From a virus (lineage: Duplodnaviria; Caudoviricetes), in the IMG/VR virus record IMGVR_UViG_3300009540_000001, positions 96,001-160,000 of that record: a DNA stretch of 64,000 nt, one strand, 5' to 3'. A program made the position numbers and the translations under genes. A model generated the notes under the pieces. It had not been told where the DNA came from, did not search any database, and was given only the letters and a program-made list of their open reading frames with translations. Of the stretch, positions 36,759-46,219 are shown piece by piece; position 1 is the stretch's first letter, and every line of letters starts with the position of its first letter.

Positions 36759-37991
36759 ATGATCATTTTCCCGGCTACAGGCGGCGGTGGCGGTCCTGGG
36801 CCGCCTGGACCGGCCGGTGTTGGTGCCCGACTCACGTTCGATCCTGCGCAGGCGACGGACGCGGCGATCGGGCGCTACCAGACGTTCCCGGCGCTGTACA
36901 CCAAGTACCTGACCAACCCCCTCGTCGACATCTGCATGGCGAACGGGGGGCAGATCCCCGCGAAACCTGGGGGCGGGAACTACCTCATCAACAAGGTGAC
37001 GAGGCTGCTCTCGGACGCCGAGGGGCAGATCACCATCGACATGCTCGAAGGCGCGGCGTTCGAGGGGGAGTGTCTCTACTGGGAGAACTTCCGACTCTGC
37101 AACCGCTCGTCCACCGTGTGCCTCGTGCCAACGGGCGACTACCCGTACATCGGGCTCGGGCCGAAGGCGTGGATGGCGCGCGGATACACCACCGACGTCG
37201 TGCCGGTGATCGCGGCGCCGTGCTTCATCTGGACGACGGAGGACGGCGGCGTAGGGAAAGGCGTCTCCCTGAAGTTGGGGGAGCAAGCGAAGTTGAACAA
37301 CAACATGTTCAACCCCGAGCCGAACGCAGGGCCGGTGTTCGAGGCAAACGGCACGGGCCCGAGCCCGAACGCCGCCCAGGTGTATCTGGAGGCAGGCAAG
37401 CGCTCGGTCATCCCCGTAGACTCCTACGCAGGCAACGCCAACAGCAACATCAGCATCAACACGATCGACGGCACCGCCTCCGTCTCGTTCGATCAGCCGA
37501 ACTACCTGGGGCAGAACTCTCCGCTCGACGCAACCGCGCACCCGGACTTGCAGTTCAACACCGGTCTCATCGTGCCCGGGTTCACGATCGCCAACGCAAG
37601 CGGCGGAGGCGCCCCGCAGTGGCTCCAACTCGTGCAGTCGGTGAATACCACCGACGCTACGCCCACCACGGTGTTCCCGGTCCAGGCTCCGCCCCCGGTG
37701 ATCTCCGCAGGCATCGACTTGCGCATGACCGCGCGTGACGCCGCGACGGGCGACACCGCGACGTGGATCATCAAGGGGTTCGTCCACTTCGGCTTTGTGG
37801 GCGCGGCCTTCGGCCCGCTCGGGCTCGTCAAAGACTTCTACGACGCAGACCCGGGCGCAGCCGCGTGGACGTGGAACTTCCTGCTCAACTCCCCCGACCC
37901 GAACAACGTGCAGTTGCTCGTGATCGGCGAAGCGGGGAAGAACATCAAGTGGAGCATCTCCCTGGTCGAGATGCTGGTACTGGCGTTCTGA
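36759..37991 (+). CDS. Virion fibre/decoration-like protein
   Basis: Short GPPGPAG collagen-like motif; C-terminal domain shared with 38641-39129. Confidence 0.55.
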   Translation: MIIFPATGGGGGPGPPGPAGVGARLTFDPAQATDAAIGRYQTFPALYTKYLTNPLVDICMANGGQIPAKPGGGNYLINKVTRLLSDAEGQITIDMLEGAAFEGECLYWENFRLCNRSSTVCLVPTGDYPYIGLGPKAWMARGYTTDVVPVIAAPCFIWTTEDGGVGKGVSLKLGEQAKLNNNMFNPEPNAGPVFEANGTGPSPNAAQVYLEAGKRSVIPVDSYAGNANSNISINTIDGTASVSFDQPNYLGQNSPLDATAHPDLQFNTGLIVPGFTIANASGGGAPQWLQLVQSVNTTDATPTTVFPVQAPPPVISAGIDLRMTARDAATGDTATWIIKGFVHFGFVGAAFGPLGLVKDFYDADPGAAAWTWNFLLNSPDPNNVQLLVIGEAGKNIKWSISLVEMLVLAF

Positions 37992-37992
37992 A

Positions 37993-38400
37993 ATGCCAGA
38001 CACACTCATCCGACTTCCGGTACCGCTCAAGGGATCGGGGGTTCACTACCTCGAAACCGCACAGAGCTACCTGATCGCACCCTCCGGGTCGGGGATGATT
38101 CTCATCCCTTGCCCGGAGAACGCGTCGCTCATCGTGAGCGGGAGCGTCACGTTTCGTTCGGCGGCGCCCGAGCGGGGCGGGTCTATTCGGCTCCACACGT
38201 ACGCAGCGCACGGGCGCTTCAACGGACCCCCCGTAGAGGACATCCTGAAGTTCGACGCCTACGGGGATGCCGACATCCTGCTCACGTCGCTCCTCTACGA
38301 TGACGTCCCCGCGCTGCTGTTCGACAACCCGACCAGCGACAACGTGCAAGTCAGCGTCGCACTCGTCGTCCTTCTCTCGTACGCCGTTCTAGGAGTCTGA
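37993..38400 (+). CDS. Hypothetical protein
   Basis: Tightly packed in operon. Confidence 0.5.
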   Translation: MPDTLIRLPVPLKGSGVHYLETAQSYLIAPSGSGMILIPCPENASLIVSGSVTFRSAAPERGGSIRLHTYAAHGRFNGPPVEDILKFDAYGDADILLTSLLYDDVPALLFDNPTSDNVQVSVALVVLLSYAVLGV

Positions 38401-38401
38401 C

Positions 38402-38623
38402 GTGGAACACCCGAGACGCATTCGTCTGCTCGAAGCCGCCTCCTGCGCGCCTAACGGCGTCGACCTGATGACCAAGGCGGGCCAGGAGTACGACGTCCTC
38501 CCAGATCCCGAACCGAACTTGTTCCCCCTCAAGGGCTGGGTGCGTATCGAAGTGCCCGTCGAGTGGGAGCCCGCGCCCGTGCTCGTGTGGCTCAAGCCCG
38601 GGTCGTTCGCGGTGATCGGCTAG
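38402..38623 (+). CDS. Hypothetical protein
   Basis: SD AGGAG; in operon. Confidence 0.5.
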   Translation: MEHPRRIRLLEAASCAPNGVDLMTKAGQEYDVLPDPEPNLFPLKGWVRIEVPVEWEPAPVLVWLKPGSFAVIG

Positions 38624-38640
38624 CCGACTATCCTGTCGGC

Positions 38641-39129
38641 ATGTTCAAAGTAGACAACGACAACGTCGAGTGCGAATCCGCCAAGATCAACCAGGGCCTC
38701 GAAGTGGGCCAGCAGGTCACCGTCGGGGGCTGCTCGCTCTCGCTCGGGTTCAAGGGCACGAGCGTCGACGCCGAGTGGGCCGACGTCCTCTCGCAAGAAG
38801 TCCCCGCTGGGCTCGCCGAGAACCTGCTCCTTCAGGTCGTCGCGTACGAGCCCGCCACGGGCGACGCCGCCGCCATGACCTTCAACGGCCTCGTCATCAG
38901 CCACCCGAGCGGGCTCTCGATCATGCCCTCGGACATGATGAACTCGCTCGACAAGCGCATCAACACCCCGGGCGCCGCTGACTGGGCGTTCCGCGCGGTG
39001 ATCGCGCCGGACGTGACGCCGGACACCACGCCCCCGACCCGGAACATCAAGCTCCAGGTCAAGGGCGAGCTGAACAAGACCATCAAGTGGGCGATCTCGG
39101 TCCGCGCGTCGCTGGCGCTGAACGAGTAA
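38641..39129 (+). CDS. Protein homologous to the C-terminal domain of 36759-37991
   Basis: ATGD.A...G..PGAA.W..V.GE..K.IKW.IS in both. Confidence 0.6.
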   Translation: MFKVDNDNVECESAKINQGLEVGQQVTVGGCSLSLGFKGTSVDAEWADVLSQEVPAGLAENLLLQVVAYEPATGDAAAMTFNGLVISHPSGLSIMPSDMMNSLDKRINTPGAADWAFRAVIAPDVTPDTTPPTRNIKLQVKGELNKTIKWAISVRASLALNE

Positions 39130-39145
39130 CTTACGGCGTAAAGAA

Positions 39146-39171
39146 AGCGGGGCGGTTCGCCGCCCCTGCTC
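39146..39171 (-). terminator. Terminator between convergent blocks
   Basis: agcggggcgg-ttcg-ccgcccctgct; minus strand continues TTCTTTACG. Confidence 0.6.
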
Positions 39172-39462
39172 TCATCGCGGCGCCTGGCGCCGCAGGATGC
39201 GCAAGATGGCGCGGTCCTCTGCCTCCTGGATGGCGCGAACGGAAGCGGCACGGAGGATGGAGCTCACATCCGGCGACTGAACCAAGAACCGCTTGATGTC
39301 GAACGCGTACCTCAATTTATCAGCCTCCTCGTACTGCGATTGAAGCGTCCACGCGGGGGCATACGTGAGCGGGTCGCCGCCGCCGTCGCCAGAGATGCGT
39401 ATGCTCCTGGATTCGAGGGGCTCTGAAAGACCGTCGCCGTTGACGTAGTAGTTGCGGCTCAT
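39172..39462 (-). CDS. GDG-YEE family protein with C-terminal extension
   Basis: NGDGL..SGDGGG..QYEEA + helical tail. Confidence 0.65.
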   Translation of the reverse strand: MSRNYYVNGDGLSEPLESRSIRISGDGGGDPLTYAPAWTLQSQYEEADKLRYAFDIKRFLVQSPDVSSILRAASVRAIQEAEDRAILRILRRQAPR

Positions 39463-39722
39463 TCTTTTACCTCCGCGCGACGCATCACATCCATGAAGTC
39501 CTCGAGCGCCGCGCGGCTGATGATCGAGATGCCCGGCAGCGCCTGGACCGTCCAGATCACCGGTTCTTCGTACGTGTACTGAACCTTGCTCTCGAAGACG
39601 GCTATGCCGCCCTCGCGCCAGCTGGTGTGTGAGTCGTACCCGTCGCCGCCAGAGGCGTGAGGGTTCACATGCGCGCTCAGTCCGTCCCCGTCATCTCGGG
39701 CGCAGTCAGGCTTCGTTTTCAT
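39459..39722 (-). CDS. GDG-YEE family protein with C-terminal extension
   Basis: DGDGL..GGDGY..TYEEP + tail. Confidence 0.65.
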   Translation of the reverse strand: MKTKPDCARDDGDGLSAHVNPHASGGDGYDSHTSWREGGIAVFESKVQYTYEEPVIWTVQALPGISIISRAALEDFMDVMRRAEVKE

Positions 39723-39729
39723 GCGCGCC

Positions 39730-39954
39730 TCACTCCTGCACCAGCTTCCGAATCCGCTTCGAGAGCAGCTCGTTCCCGATCTCGCGATTGAACCGGCTGA
39801 GGATCTCGTTCACGTCCTCGTACGCCTCTTCGTGCTGCCATCGCACCCAGTAGCTCACCTCCGCTTTATCGTCTTCAAGGTCGCACGCGGCCTCGTACCC
39901 CAAGGCGCTGTACCCGTCCCCGGAGTAGCGCGCGTTGTCGGCGCGGCGCCTCAC
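39730..39954 (-). CDS. GDG-YEE family microprotein
   Basis: GTG start, RRR..SGDGY..HEEAYED. Confidence 0.6.
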   Translation of the reverse strand: MRRRADNARYSGDGYSALGYEAACDLEDDKAEVSYWVRWQHEEAYEDVNEILSRFNREIGNELLSKRIRKLVQE

Positions 39955-40118
39955 GTCCAGCCCTCCCAGCTCTTGCACCAGCCCTCGGGGTCCGTGTAGC
40001 TGCTCTCGACGTAGTACGACATCGAGTCCCCCTCCCAATTCCCGATGGTGCCGTCGCCGTTCTCGTACGCAACGCCGCCGTCGCCGCTCAACTCACACGA
40101 CTCGCTTCGGTTTCTCAT
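39951..40118 (-). CDS. GDG family microprotein
   Basis: MRNR..SGDGG..NGDG..SWEG. Confidence 0.6.
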   Translation of the reverse strand: MRNRSESCELSGDGGVAYENGDGTIGNWEGDSMSYYVESSYTDPEGWCKSWEGWT

Positions 40119-40300
40119 GCGTACGCAGACTCCTCGTAGTGCATATCGAGCTGCCATGTGCGGTTCTCCCCCTCGCGCCACAACACGTGCGCGTCGCCCG
40201 ACGCCAAGACCTCGAACGGCACGCCGTAAACGCTCGCACAGCTGTCGTCGCCGTCGCCTTGGCCGTCGCCTTCGTAGCTGTACAGCACGTTATGACGCAC
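40115..40300 (-). CDS. GDG-YEE family microprotein
   Basis: MRH..EGDGQGDGD..HYEES. Confidence 0.7.
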   Translation of the reverse strand: MRHNVLYSYEGDGQGDGDDSCASVYGVPFEVLASGDAHVLWREGENRTWQLDMHYEESAYA

Positions 40301-40334
40301 GTTCTTCGAGCTCCTCGTACGAGGTTCGCCTCAT
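40290..40334 (-). CDS. Mini-ORF MRRTSYEELEERAS (empty cassette)
   Basis: SD GGAGG; ATGA overlap; family N-terminus joined directly to YEE. Confidence 0.5.
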   Translation of the reverse strand: MRRTSYEELEERAS

Positions 40335-40609
40335 CCCTCCCTCCCCTTCGCTCTTTCTTTCGCCCTCGCCTTCCACGCCCTCTGCGCCACTCGCTGCATC
40401 TCGAGGTGCGCCTCGCAGCGCGTCTTACCCGGTAAAGGCGGCGCAGCGCAGTCCAGGCAGCTGTTCGCTAACCTCCTGTTATCTCTGTACTTTTTACAGT
40501 TCGCCGCGTGGATCGGCTTGCATGCCGTGCAGTACGCAGCGGCGTCGGCGTGCGGCGTCGCGCAACGCACGCAGGGTTTCATGTCTTCGGCTCGAGACGC
40601 AGGTTGCAT
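40331..40609 (-). CDS. Zinc-finger protein
   Basis: CxxC..CxxC..CxxC..CxxH; basic tail; SD GGAGG. Confidence 0.6.
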   Translation of the reverse strand: MQPASRAEDMKPCVRCATPHADAAAYCTACKPIHAANCKKYRDNRRLANSCLDCAAPPLPGKTRCEAHLEMQRVAQRAWKARAKERAKGREG

Positions 40610-40625
40610 AAGGAACCTCCACGAT

Positions 40626-40652
40626 CTTATACCAAGATCGAGGGTTCTTTAC
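40626..40652 (-). promoter_or_regulatory. Candidate phage promoter (GTAAA-N16-TATAAG)
   Basis: At the head of the 39.2-40.6 kb array. Confidence 0.65.
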
Positions 40653-40828
40653 GGCGTGTACTCCTCCTCGTAGGCCCACTGCACGGTGTACGTGTACACC
40701 TCGGCTTCGTCCGAGTGCCCGCCGTCGCCGTTGTACCAGCCGACGTGGCCGGGACCGATCCCAACGTGGTGCTCGGCCACACCGCCATCGCCGTTGCGCG
40801 TCGTCACCGACGCATCGCGTCGCTCCAT
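40649..40828 (-). CDS. GDG-YEE family microprotein
   Basis: NGDGG..NGDGG..AYEEEY. Confidence 0.7.
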   Translation of the reverse strand: MERRDASVTTRNGDGGVAEHHVGIGPGHVGWYNGDGGHSDEAEVYTYTVQWAYEEEYTP

Positions 40829-40933
40829 AACGCACGCCGTCTTTCTGACGCGCTGCGGCGTCTTTGCTGTCGGGAAATGTAGGCAACGCGCACGGACCAA
40901 AGGGCGAGCCCGAGAGCCCGCCCTATCGGCGAA

Positions 40934-41239
40934 TCAGGCCGAGACGGACGTCGCCCCGCGCCGCCTTCGGGCCGCTTCCTTCTCGGCCCGGGTGCCGTGC
41001 TTCGGGCGCGGCCCCTGGACGGCGAAGTACGCCTTGTGGTCGCGGTTGGCGACCCGGGCAGCCTGCCGGTTCGGAACGCGCTCCTGGCGGAAGCCTTGCG
41101 CGAGCAACCGGGTCTTCTCCTCGGGGGTGATGCGGACCATCGCCGCCCGCCCATGGACGTCGCGGAAGTGCAGGACGTTGGCGACGATGTAGGACGAGGT
41201 GGGATTGAGGGTTGGAAGCGTGGAATCGTTGGGGTTCAT
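40934..41239 (-). CDS. Basic hypothetical protein
   Basis: 101 aa from MNPNDS. Confidence 0.5.
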   Translation of the reverse strand: MNPNDSTLPTLNPTSSYIVANVLHFRDVHGRAAMVRITPEEKTRLLAQGFRQERVPNRQAARVANRDHKAYFAVQGPRPKHGTRAEKEAARRRRGATSVSA

Positions 41240-41305
41240 GGCCGGGGACGGTAGCGAGGTTGGGGGATGTTTGTCAAGGCTGAGGAACCGCCACAAGAAC
41301 GACGA

Positions 41306-41831
41306 GAGAATTATAATTCGTCGGCTACCTCTAGGACACATTGCAAGACCCCATCCCCTCCTGCGTGTGTATGGGGAAACCGAGGGTTCGCCCCGGCAGT
41401 TTCAAGAAGGCACATCCACCTACATCCCTGAAAGACCCTCGAAGCAGACCGGACGTAAGTAGCCCTACCGAAGGAGGGAGGGCGAAGGTTCAGCGAGGAG
41501 AAGACGATAACCTACCGAAACCATTGATGAATATAGGTGGTATGTATATTGCAACGCACGCGCAATAGATAGACATATACATGTACGTGTACGTGTATGT
41601 ATATGAAGGGCTTCGTCGCGCGCGGTCACTTTATCCTACATCTACTCCAAGGTAGGAGCATGTAGGCAAGTGTCGGTCTCGCCGCCGGCCGACGGGCCTT
41701 CGCGCGAGACCGTGTAGGGAAAGGTGCTTTTTTGAAACCGCTCCGCCGAACCCCTGGTTTCCCCGTACACACGCAGGAGGGGATGGGGTCTTGCAATGTG
41801 TCCTAGAGGCAACAGAGGGATTATAATTCTC
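41306..41831. repeat. Inverted-repeat pair (~120-bp arms, 44-bp identical core) around an AT-rich spacer
   Basis: 41328-41371 is the exact reverse complement of 41766-41809; arms ~41306-41424 and ~41713-41831. Confidence 0.9.
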
Positions 41832-41870
41832 CCCTTGCCTTTAGAACCTCGCGGCCCTAGTCTCCCGGGC

Positions 41871-42737
41871 ATGGCCCTCCCCCTGCAAGACAGTGCGATC
41901 CCCATGTCCGTCTCGATCCGCCAGAGCATTCACGCACGGCTCACCGCCGTCGTGAACCGCGAGATCGAAGCCGGAAACATCCGCGCGACGAAACTCACGC
42001 GAGCCGTCGTCGAGATCCTCGAGAACTACGTGTACGAACGCGAAGCGTCGTACAAAACCGGCACGCAAGCGCAGCTGGCCGCCGCGCAGGCTGAGTTCTT
42101 TGCGGCGAATCCGCACCTCGTGACGCTGCCTCCGGCGCCCCCGCCCCCGCCGTCCGCGTACGCCCCGCCAGGGGCGCCGCACCCGGCGTACGCCCCCGTC
42201 CCCCCGGTCTACCCCCAAACGCGCCCTGGCGTGGCGCCTGCGCAGCCCACGGCCCCTCCCGCCCGTGCCGACCAGACCAACCCCGCGAACTTGACCGATC
42301 GCCCGGAGCTGATCCTCGGCTACACCTCACGAAATGGCGGACAGTGGCCGACAATGGCGGAGATGTGGGCGCCGCTCGGGACGCCGGGGGCCGAGATGCA
42401 CCAGTGGGAGCGAACGCAAGAGAATCTCGCCCGAAACTCCAGACTCGCGGCAGCGGAGGTCCAAGCGCGGAAAATGATGTTTTCAGCGAACGTCGTGCCC
42501 CCGCAGATCAAGGACGAAGACATCGACCGCGCGATGCGCGTCGGCGCCGCCAAGCAACACCTGGGGCAGCACCTGGGGTCGCAAGGCGCGGCGCGCCCCG
42601 CCGCCGAGGAGGACGACGCCACCGAGAACGCGCGGCGCGCCGCCGCCCTCCAAGCCGAGTTCGACGCGGACCCCGCGCTCGACGCCCTCTTCCCCAAGGA
42701 CGGCGTGTTCGACGGGTTCGGCAACCGGGTCGGCTGA
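41871..42737 (+). CDS. Hypothetical protein with proline-rich linker
   Basis: 288 aa; PPAPPPPP/PAYAP low-complexity middle. Confidence 0.55.
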   Translation: MALPLQDSAIPMSVSIRQSIHARLTAVVNREIEAGNIRATKLTRAVVEILENYVYEREASYKTGTQAQLAAAQAEFFAANPHLVTLPPAPPPPPSAYAPPGAPHPAYAPVPPVYPQTRPGVAPAQPTAPPARADQTNPANLTDRPELILGYTSRNGGQWPTMAEMWAPLGTPGAEMHQWERTQENLARNSRLAAAEVQARKMMFSANVVPPQIKDEDIDRAMRVGAAKQHLGQHLGSQGAARPAAEEDDATENARRAAALQAEFDADPALDALFPKDGVFDGFGNRVG

Positions 42738-42880
42738 CGAGGCCCGCGTCGCTCGCTCAAAAGGGGTTGCGGGGCTTCGCCCCGCGCACCCCGGAGCGTC
42801 GTCCGCCTTAGTGTCACGCACCGGGGGTGCGGGGGCGACGCTCGCGGCGCTCAGCGAACTCGCCTACGCTTGGCAGCATC

Positions 42881-43996
42881 ATGCCGCTCTCTTCGTTCAG
42901 CTTGCCCTTCGGCCAAGGGCTCGGCCATGCCGCGACCGAGCTCGCGCACCTCGGGCCTGCGGCGAAGACAGCGCCGGCGTTCGCCCACATGGCAGGGGGA
43001 CACAACATCGCACGCGACGCGGCGACGGGGGCAGGGCACTTGAAGGCGAGGCCGCAGGCAGCAGCGCCTGCGGCTCCCCAGCGAATTCCCACGCAGATCA
43101 CGCCGGCCTGGCCGCGCCCCGCGATCGACCGCAACCAGCTCGCGGCGCATCCCGACGCTGGCGAGGTCAACAGCCTCATCCCCAACTACCTCGAGACGCA
43201 GCGCCGGTTGGGGGGTGTTGAGCGCGGGTACGAGAAGCGCCTCTCGCTCACCCCGGATCAAGCCAACCGACTTGACGCCGTAAAGCAACATAGCAAGTCC
43301 CTCGAGAACGAGCTGATGCAGCGCTCCCCCGATCCGGAGGGAACCCTGAACCAGATCGCGGTGCGGGACAAGGTCCACGTCGGACGCGACGGGCTCAGCC
43401 CCAAGGCCCGGCAAACGCTGCTGGCGCAAGCCGCAGCGCCCCGCCGCACCCCGAGCATCAACGCGCCGCCGACGTCGTTCAGCCTCGATGCGTACAAACG
43501 CCGCGCAGCGATTCACGGGGAGCACGAAGCGACGCGCAGCATCGCTGAGCTGATCGGGACGGAGACCGCGAGGAATCTGAACATCCCCCCACCCATTATG
43601 CCCCACGTTCCTGCGGGAGCTAAAAAAGTCGGAGCCTATATGCCCACCTTCCGTAAGTACGCCAACCCCCAACCTCTGTCCGGCGTCCTTCGGCACCTGG
43701 CCGAATCCGCCCACAGCAACCCCGGCCGCGCCGACGCCATGATCGCCGGTGGCAACAAGGCCATCATTCACGGCATCATCGGCGCGCTTCTCGGCACCGC
43801 CGGCGGCGCCATCGCCGCGCGCCCCGGGGACGAAGACCACGGCGCTTTACGCGGTGCACTCTACGGCGGCGCGACCGGCGCCGCGCTCGGCGGGTTGACG
43901 GGGTACAACCAGGCGATGAAGACCCCGGTGAACCCGTACCGCTACAACGCTCTTCGGGCCTCGGGCGACGCCCTGCGCGGGGCGCTTGCAGCGTGA
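42881..43996 (+). CDS. Glycine-zipper protein (KxA family)
   Basis: FRKYANP; HGIIGALLGTAGGAIA..GALRGALYGGATGAALGG. Confidence 0.6.
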   Translation: MPLSSFSLPFGQGLGHAATELAHLGPAAKTAPAFAHMAGGHNIARDAATGAGHLKARPQAAAPAAPQRIPTQITPAWPRPAIDRNQLAAHPDAGEVNSLIPNYLETQRRLGGVERGYEKRLSLTPDQANRLDAVKQHSKSLENELMQRSPDPEGTLNQIAVRDKVHVGRDGLSPKARQTLLAQAAAPRRTPSINAPPTSFSLDAYKRRAAIHGEHEATRSIAELIGTETARNLNIPPPIMPHVPAGAKKVGAYMPTFRKYANPQPLSGVLRHLAESAHSNPGRADAMIAGGNKAIIHGIIGALLGTAGGAIAARPGDEDHGALRGALYGGATGAALGGLTGYNQAMKTPVNPYRYNALRASGDALRGALAA

Positions 43997-45324
43997 ACCG
44001 CCCACATCTTCGTGACTGCGCTCCGCGCGAGAAGCGTGCCGTTCTCGGCCTGCTTGCGCACGGGGGCATTGCTGCGGCCATGACCGCCGGCGGGCACCTG
44101 GGGACGAACCGGGCGGGGCTCGTCGCGCATCACGCGAGCAACATCGCGGAGGTCCTGGCCCACAAGGGATGGAACACCGGGTTGCTCGAGCAGGGGCTGA
44201 ACCCCGACCGCGCGCAGGCGTTGAAGGCGATGTTCGGTCCGGAGGCGCTGATCCCGTACGAGTTGGCGAACACGGCGGCCAAAAAATTGGTCGCGAAGTT
44301 TCCGAACCCCGTCGAGCGGGCCACGGCAATCCGCGAGGCGCTGCGCCAGTACCAGGAGACGGGGCTGACGAATCACGCCCCCGGCGTCGGCCACCTCATG
44401 TCCGCCATGGAGCACGATCTCAAGGGCACGGCCCCGAAGCTCTCGGCCAAGGGACGCCTCGCGAACTGGTACTCCAAGGCCGTCGACAAGCTGACGAACC
44501 ACGTACGGACCGGTTTCGAGACCCCCAGTCAGAGCGTGGGAAACGCTTTCCTCGGTGCGGCCCCCCTCGCGCCGATGCTCGCCGCTGACGCTGCGGTGAC
44601 CGGTTCTCCGCTCGGAGCGCTGGGGCACTTCGGGTGGAACGCGACGCGCAACGTCGTGGGCAACACCTCGATGGGGGAGAAGTTCGTCGCCGACCAGCTC
44701 GCGAAGGGTTTGCGCGGCGACGTGCCCGGAAAGTTTCAGACGGCGCTATTCAACTACGGCTTCTCCCCGGCCGTGCTCGAGCCGCGCATGCTCGGCAAGG
44801 CCATTCATGATCTTCCCAAGGGTCAAGAGTACATCGCGCGTGCGCGGGCGGCCCCCGGGGCGCTCGCGCAGTCCCTCCCCGCGCAATCGGCGCGCATACG
44901 CGACGCCGAGCAGCACGCAGCCTTCGAGCTCGCAGGGAAGCAGCACCAGCTGGACGACGCGCACAACGCGGTGAAAGCGCAGTACGCCAACCTGCGCGGC
45001 AAGGCCCACGAGATCGGGGTTTTGCCGGGGTCGCCCGCGTCGCGGTTGGCGGATACGGAAGACTTGGCCAGGGCCCCACTGCTCGCCAGTCAGGTCGCCA
45101 CGCGCGACGCACAAGAACGACTCCGCGCCTCGGCCGGTAAGGCTCAGCAAGGCCTCGCCACCGCCGCCAACGAAGTCACCGCCTTCGGCAACTCGATGCC
45201 CGGCCGCGTGTTGAAACACACCGAGCAGGCCCTGGCGAAGGCCGAGCAAGACCACGCGAACAAGTTCAAGGTTCGTGTGCTGACGGGCCAGCCCGCAGCA
45301 CACGCCCCTGACGGTTCGTTCTAG
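43993..45324 (+). CDS. Ala/Gly-rich protein (KxA family)
   Basis: EKRAVLGLL; GTGA overlap. Confidence 0.6.
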   Translation: MNRPHLRDCAPREKRAVLGLLAHGGIAAAMTAGGHLGTNRAGLVAHHASNIAEVLAHKGWNTGLLEQGLNPDRAQALKAMFGPEALIPYELANTAAKKLVAKFPNPVERATAIREALRQYQETGLTNHAPGVGHLMSAMEHDLKGTAPKLSAKGRLANWYSKAVDKLTNHVRTGFETPSQSVGNAFLGAAPLAPMLAADAAVTGSPLGALGHFGWNATRNVVGNTSMGEKFVADQLAKGLRGDVPGKFQTALFNYGFSPAVLEPRMLGKAIHDLPKGQEYIARARAAPGALAQSLPAQSARIRDAEQHAAFELAGKQHQLDDAHNAVKAQYANLRGKAHEIGVLPGSPASRLADTEDLARAPLLASQVATRDAQERLRASAGKAQQGLATAANEVTAFGNSMPGRVLKHTEQALAKAEQDHANKFKVRVLTGQPAAHAPDGSF

Positions 45325-45440
45325 TTCTTCGTCTCCCAGCGACCCCAGACCCACAGGATGGCTGCGATCACGCCTGAGAGCGCCGCCATCCCAAGGATGA
45401 TGAGCCCGATCACGAGTGCTCCGTCGAGTAGCGTGTTCAT
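45321..45440 (-). CDS. Small single-TM membrane protein (39 aa)
   Basis: MNTLLDGALVIGLIILGMAALSGVIAAILWVWGRWETKN; coupled to upstream YEETP. Confidence 0.55.
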   Translation of the reverse strand: MNTLLDGALVIGLIILGMAALSGVIAAILWVWGRWETKN

Positions 45441-45637
45441 GGTGTCTCCTCATACCTCCAACGCACGTCCATCCGCCAGGTCTGCGATTCGAGCCCCCCG
45501 TCTCCCCCCCAGCTCCCGCCGCCCGCGCCATCGCCCTTCCCCTCCTCGAGTCCGTTCGACTTGCTGCCCTCGCCGCCGGAGCCGCGCCCGTCGCCCGGGG
45601 AGATGGCGTCGTACGCGTTGGTGGGCTTCTCTTTCAT
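45437..45637 (-). CDS. GDG-YEE family microprotein
   Basis: PGDGRG..GDGAG..GGDGG..RWRYEETP. Confidence 0.7.
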   Translation of the reverse strand: MKEKPTNAYDAISPGDGRGSGGEGSKSNGLEEGKGDGAGGGSWGGDGGLESQTWRMDVRWRYEETP

Positions 45638-45837
45638 GTCCTCTCCTGGTACGTCCGCCTCACGGAAGGCAGCCCCTCCCACGACCCGTACCCGTCGCCC
45701 GCGTCTTCCCCGCCCCACGAGTTGTCGTAGTAGATGTTGCGGAAGCCGTTGCACTCCTCCACCGTGTAGCCGCTGTCGCCGCCGTCTTCGTAGTCTTCGC
45801 CAGGGTCGTCGGCACAGGCTTGCGACTTCTGCCTCAC
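45634..45837 (-). CDS. GDG-YEE family microprotein
   Basis: DGGD..AGDGYG..TYQERT. Confidence 0.65.
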   Translation of the reverse strand: MRQKSQACADDPGEDYEDGGDSGYTVEECNGFRNIYYDNSWGGEDAGDGYGSWEGLPSVRRTYQERT

Positions 45838-46058
45838 CCCGTCGCGCTCCGGTTGAACTTCCCCATCGCCTCCACGAGCTCGGGGTCCACGCCCAGGCGC
45901 TTCACGATCTCCCGCGCCTCTTCGCGCGAGACGGTGTCGTGCGCCACCCACGCCTCCCACGCCTCGGTGATCTGACCCCGGTGCTTTACGCCGTGAAGAA
46001 GCTGAAGCTGCCCGATGCGCCGCTTCAAGTCGTTGAATTCCTTAACGTATTCGCTCAT
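45834..46058 (-). CDS. Small helical hypothetical protein
   Basis: Coupled on both sides. Confidence 0.6.
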   Translation of the reverse strand: MSEYVKEFNDLKRRIGQLQLLHGVKHRGQITEAWEAWVAHDTVSREEAREIVKRLGVDPELVEAMGKFNRSATG

Positions 46059-46219
46059 GTCTCCTCGTACTCCTCTCGTAGCGCTCTGGCCGAGAGCGCG
46101 GGGAACCCCCAGCCATCGCCAGTCTGGTCGTCCCCGTCCGGCTCGTAGCCCCAGGCGTAGTACTCGTTGTTCTCGCCGCAGGCGAGCTCAACATCGTAGG
46201 GGTTGAAGTTACGTCGCAC
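46055..46219 (-). CDS. GDG-YEE family microprotein (54 aa, not in ORF track)
   Basis: MRRNFNPY..DGDD.TGDGWG..EEYEET. Confidence 0.65.
   Translation of the reverse strand: MRRNFNPYDVELACGENNEYYAWGYEPDGDDQTGDGWGFPALSARALREEYEET

Noticed and set aside
41306-41831. IS element or MITE
   Set aside because: Single copy, no transposase and no evident target-site duplication.
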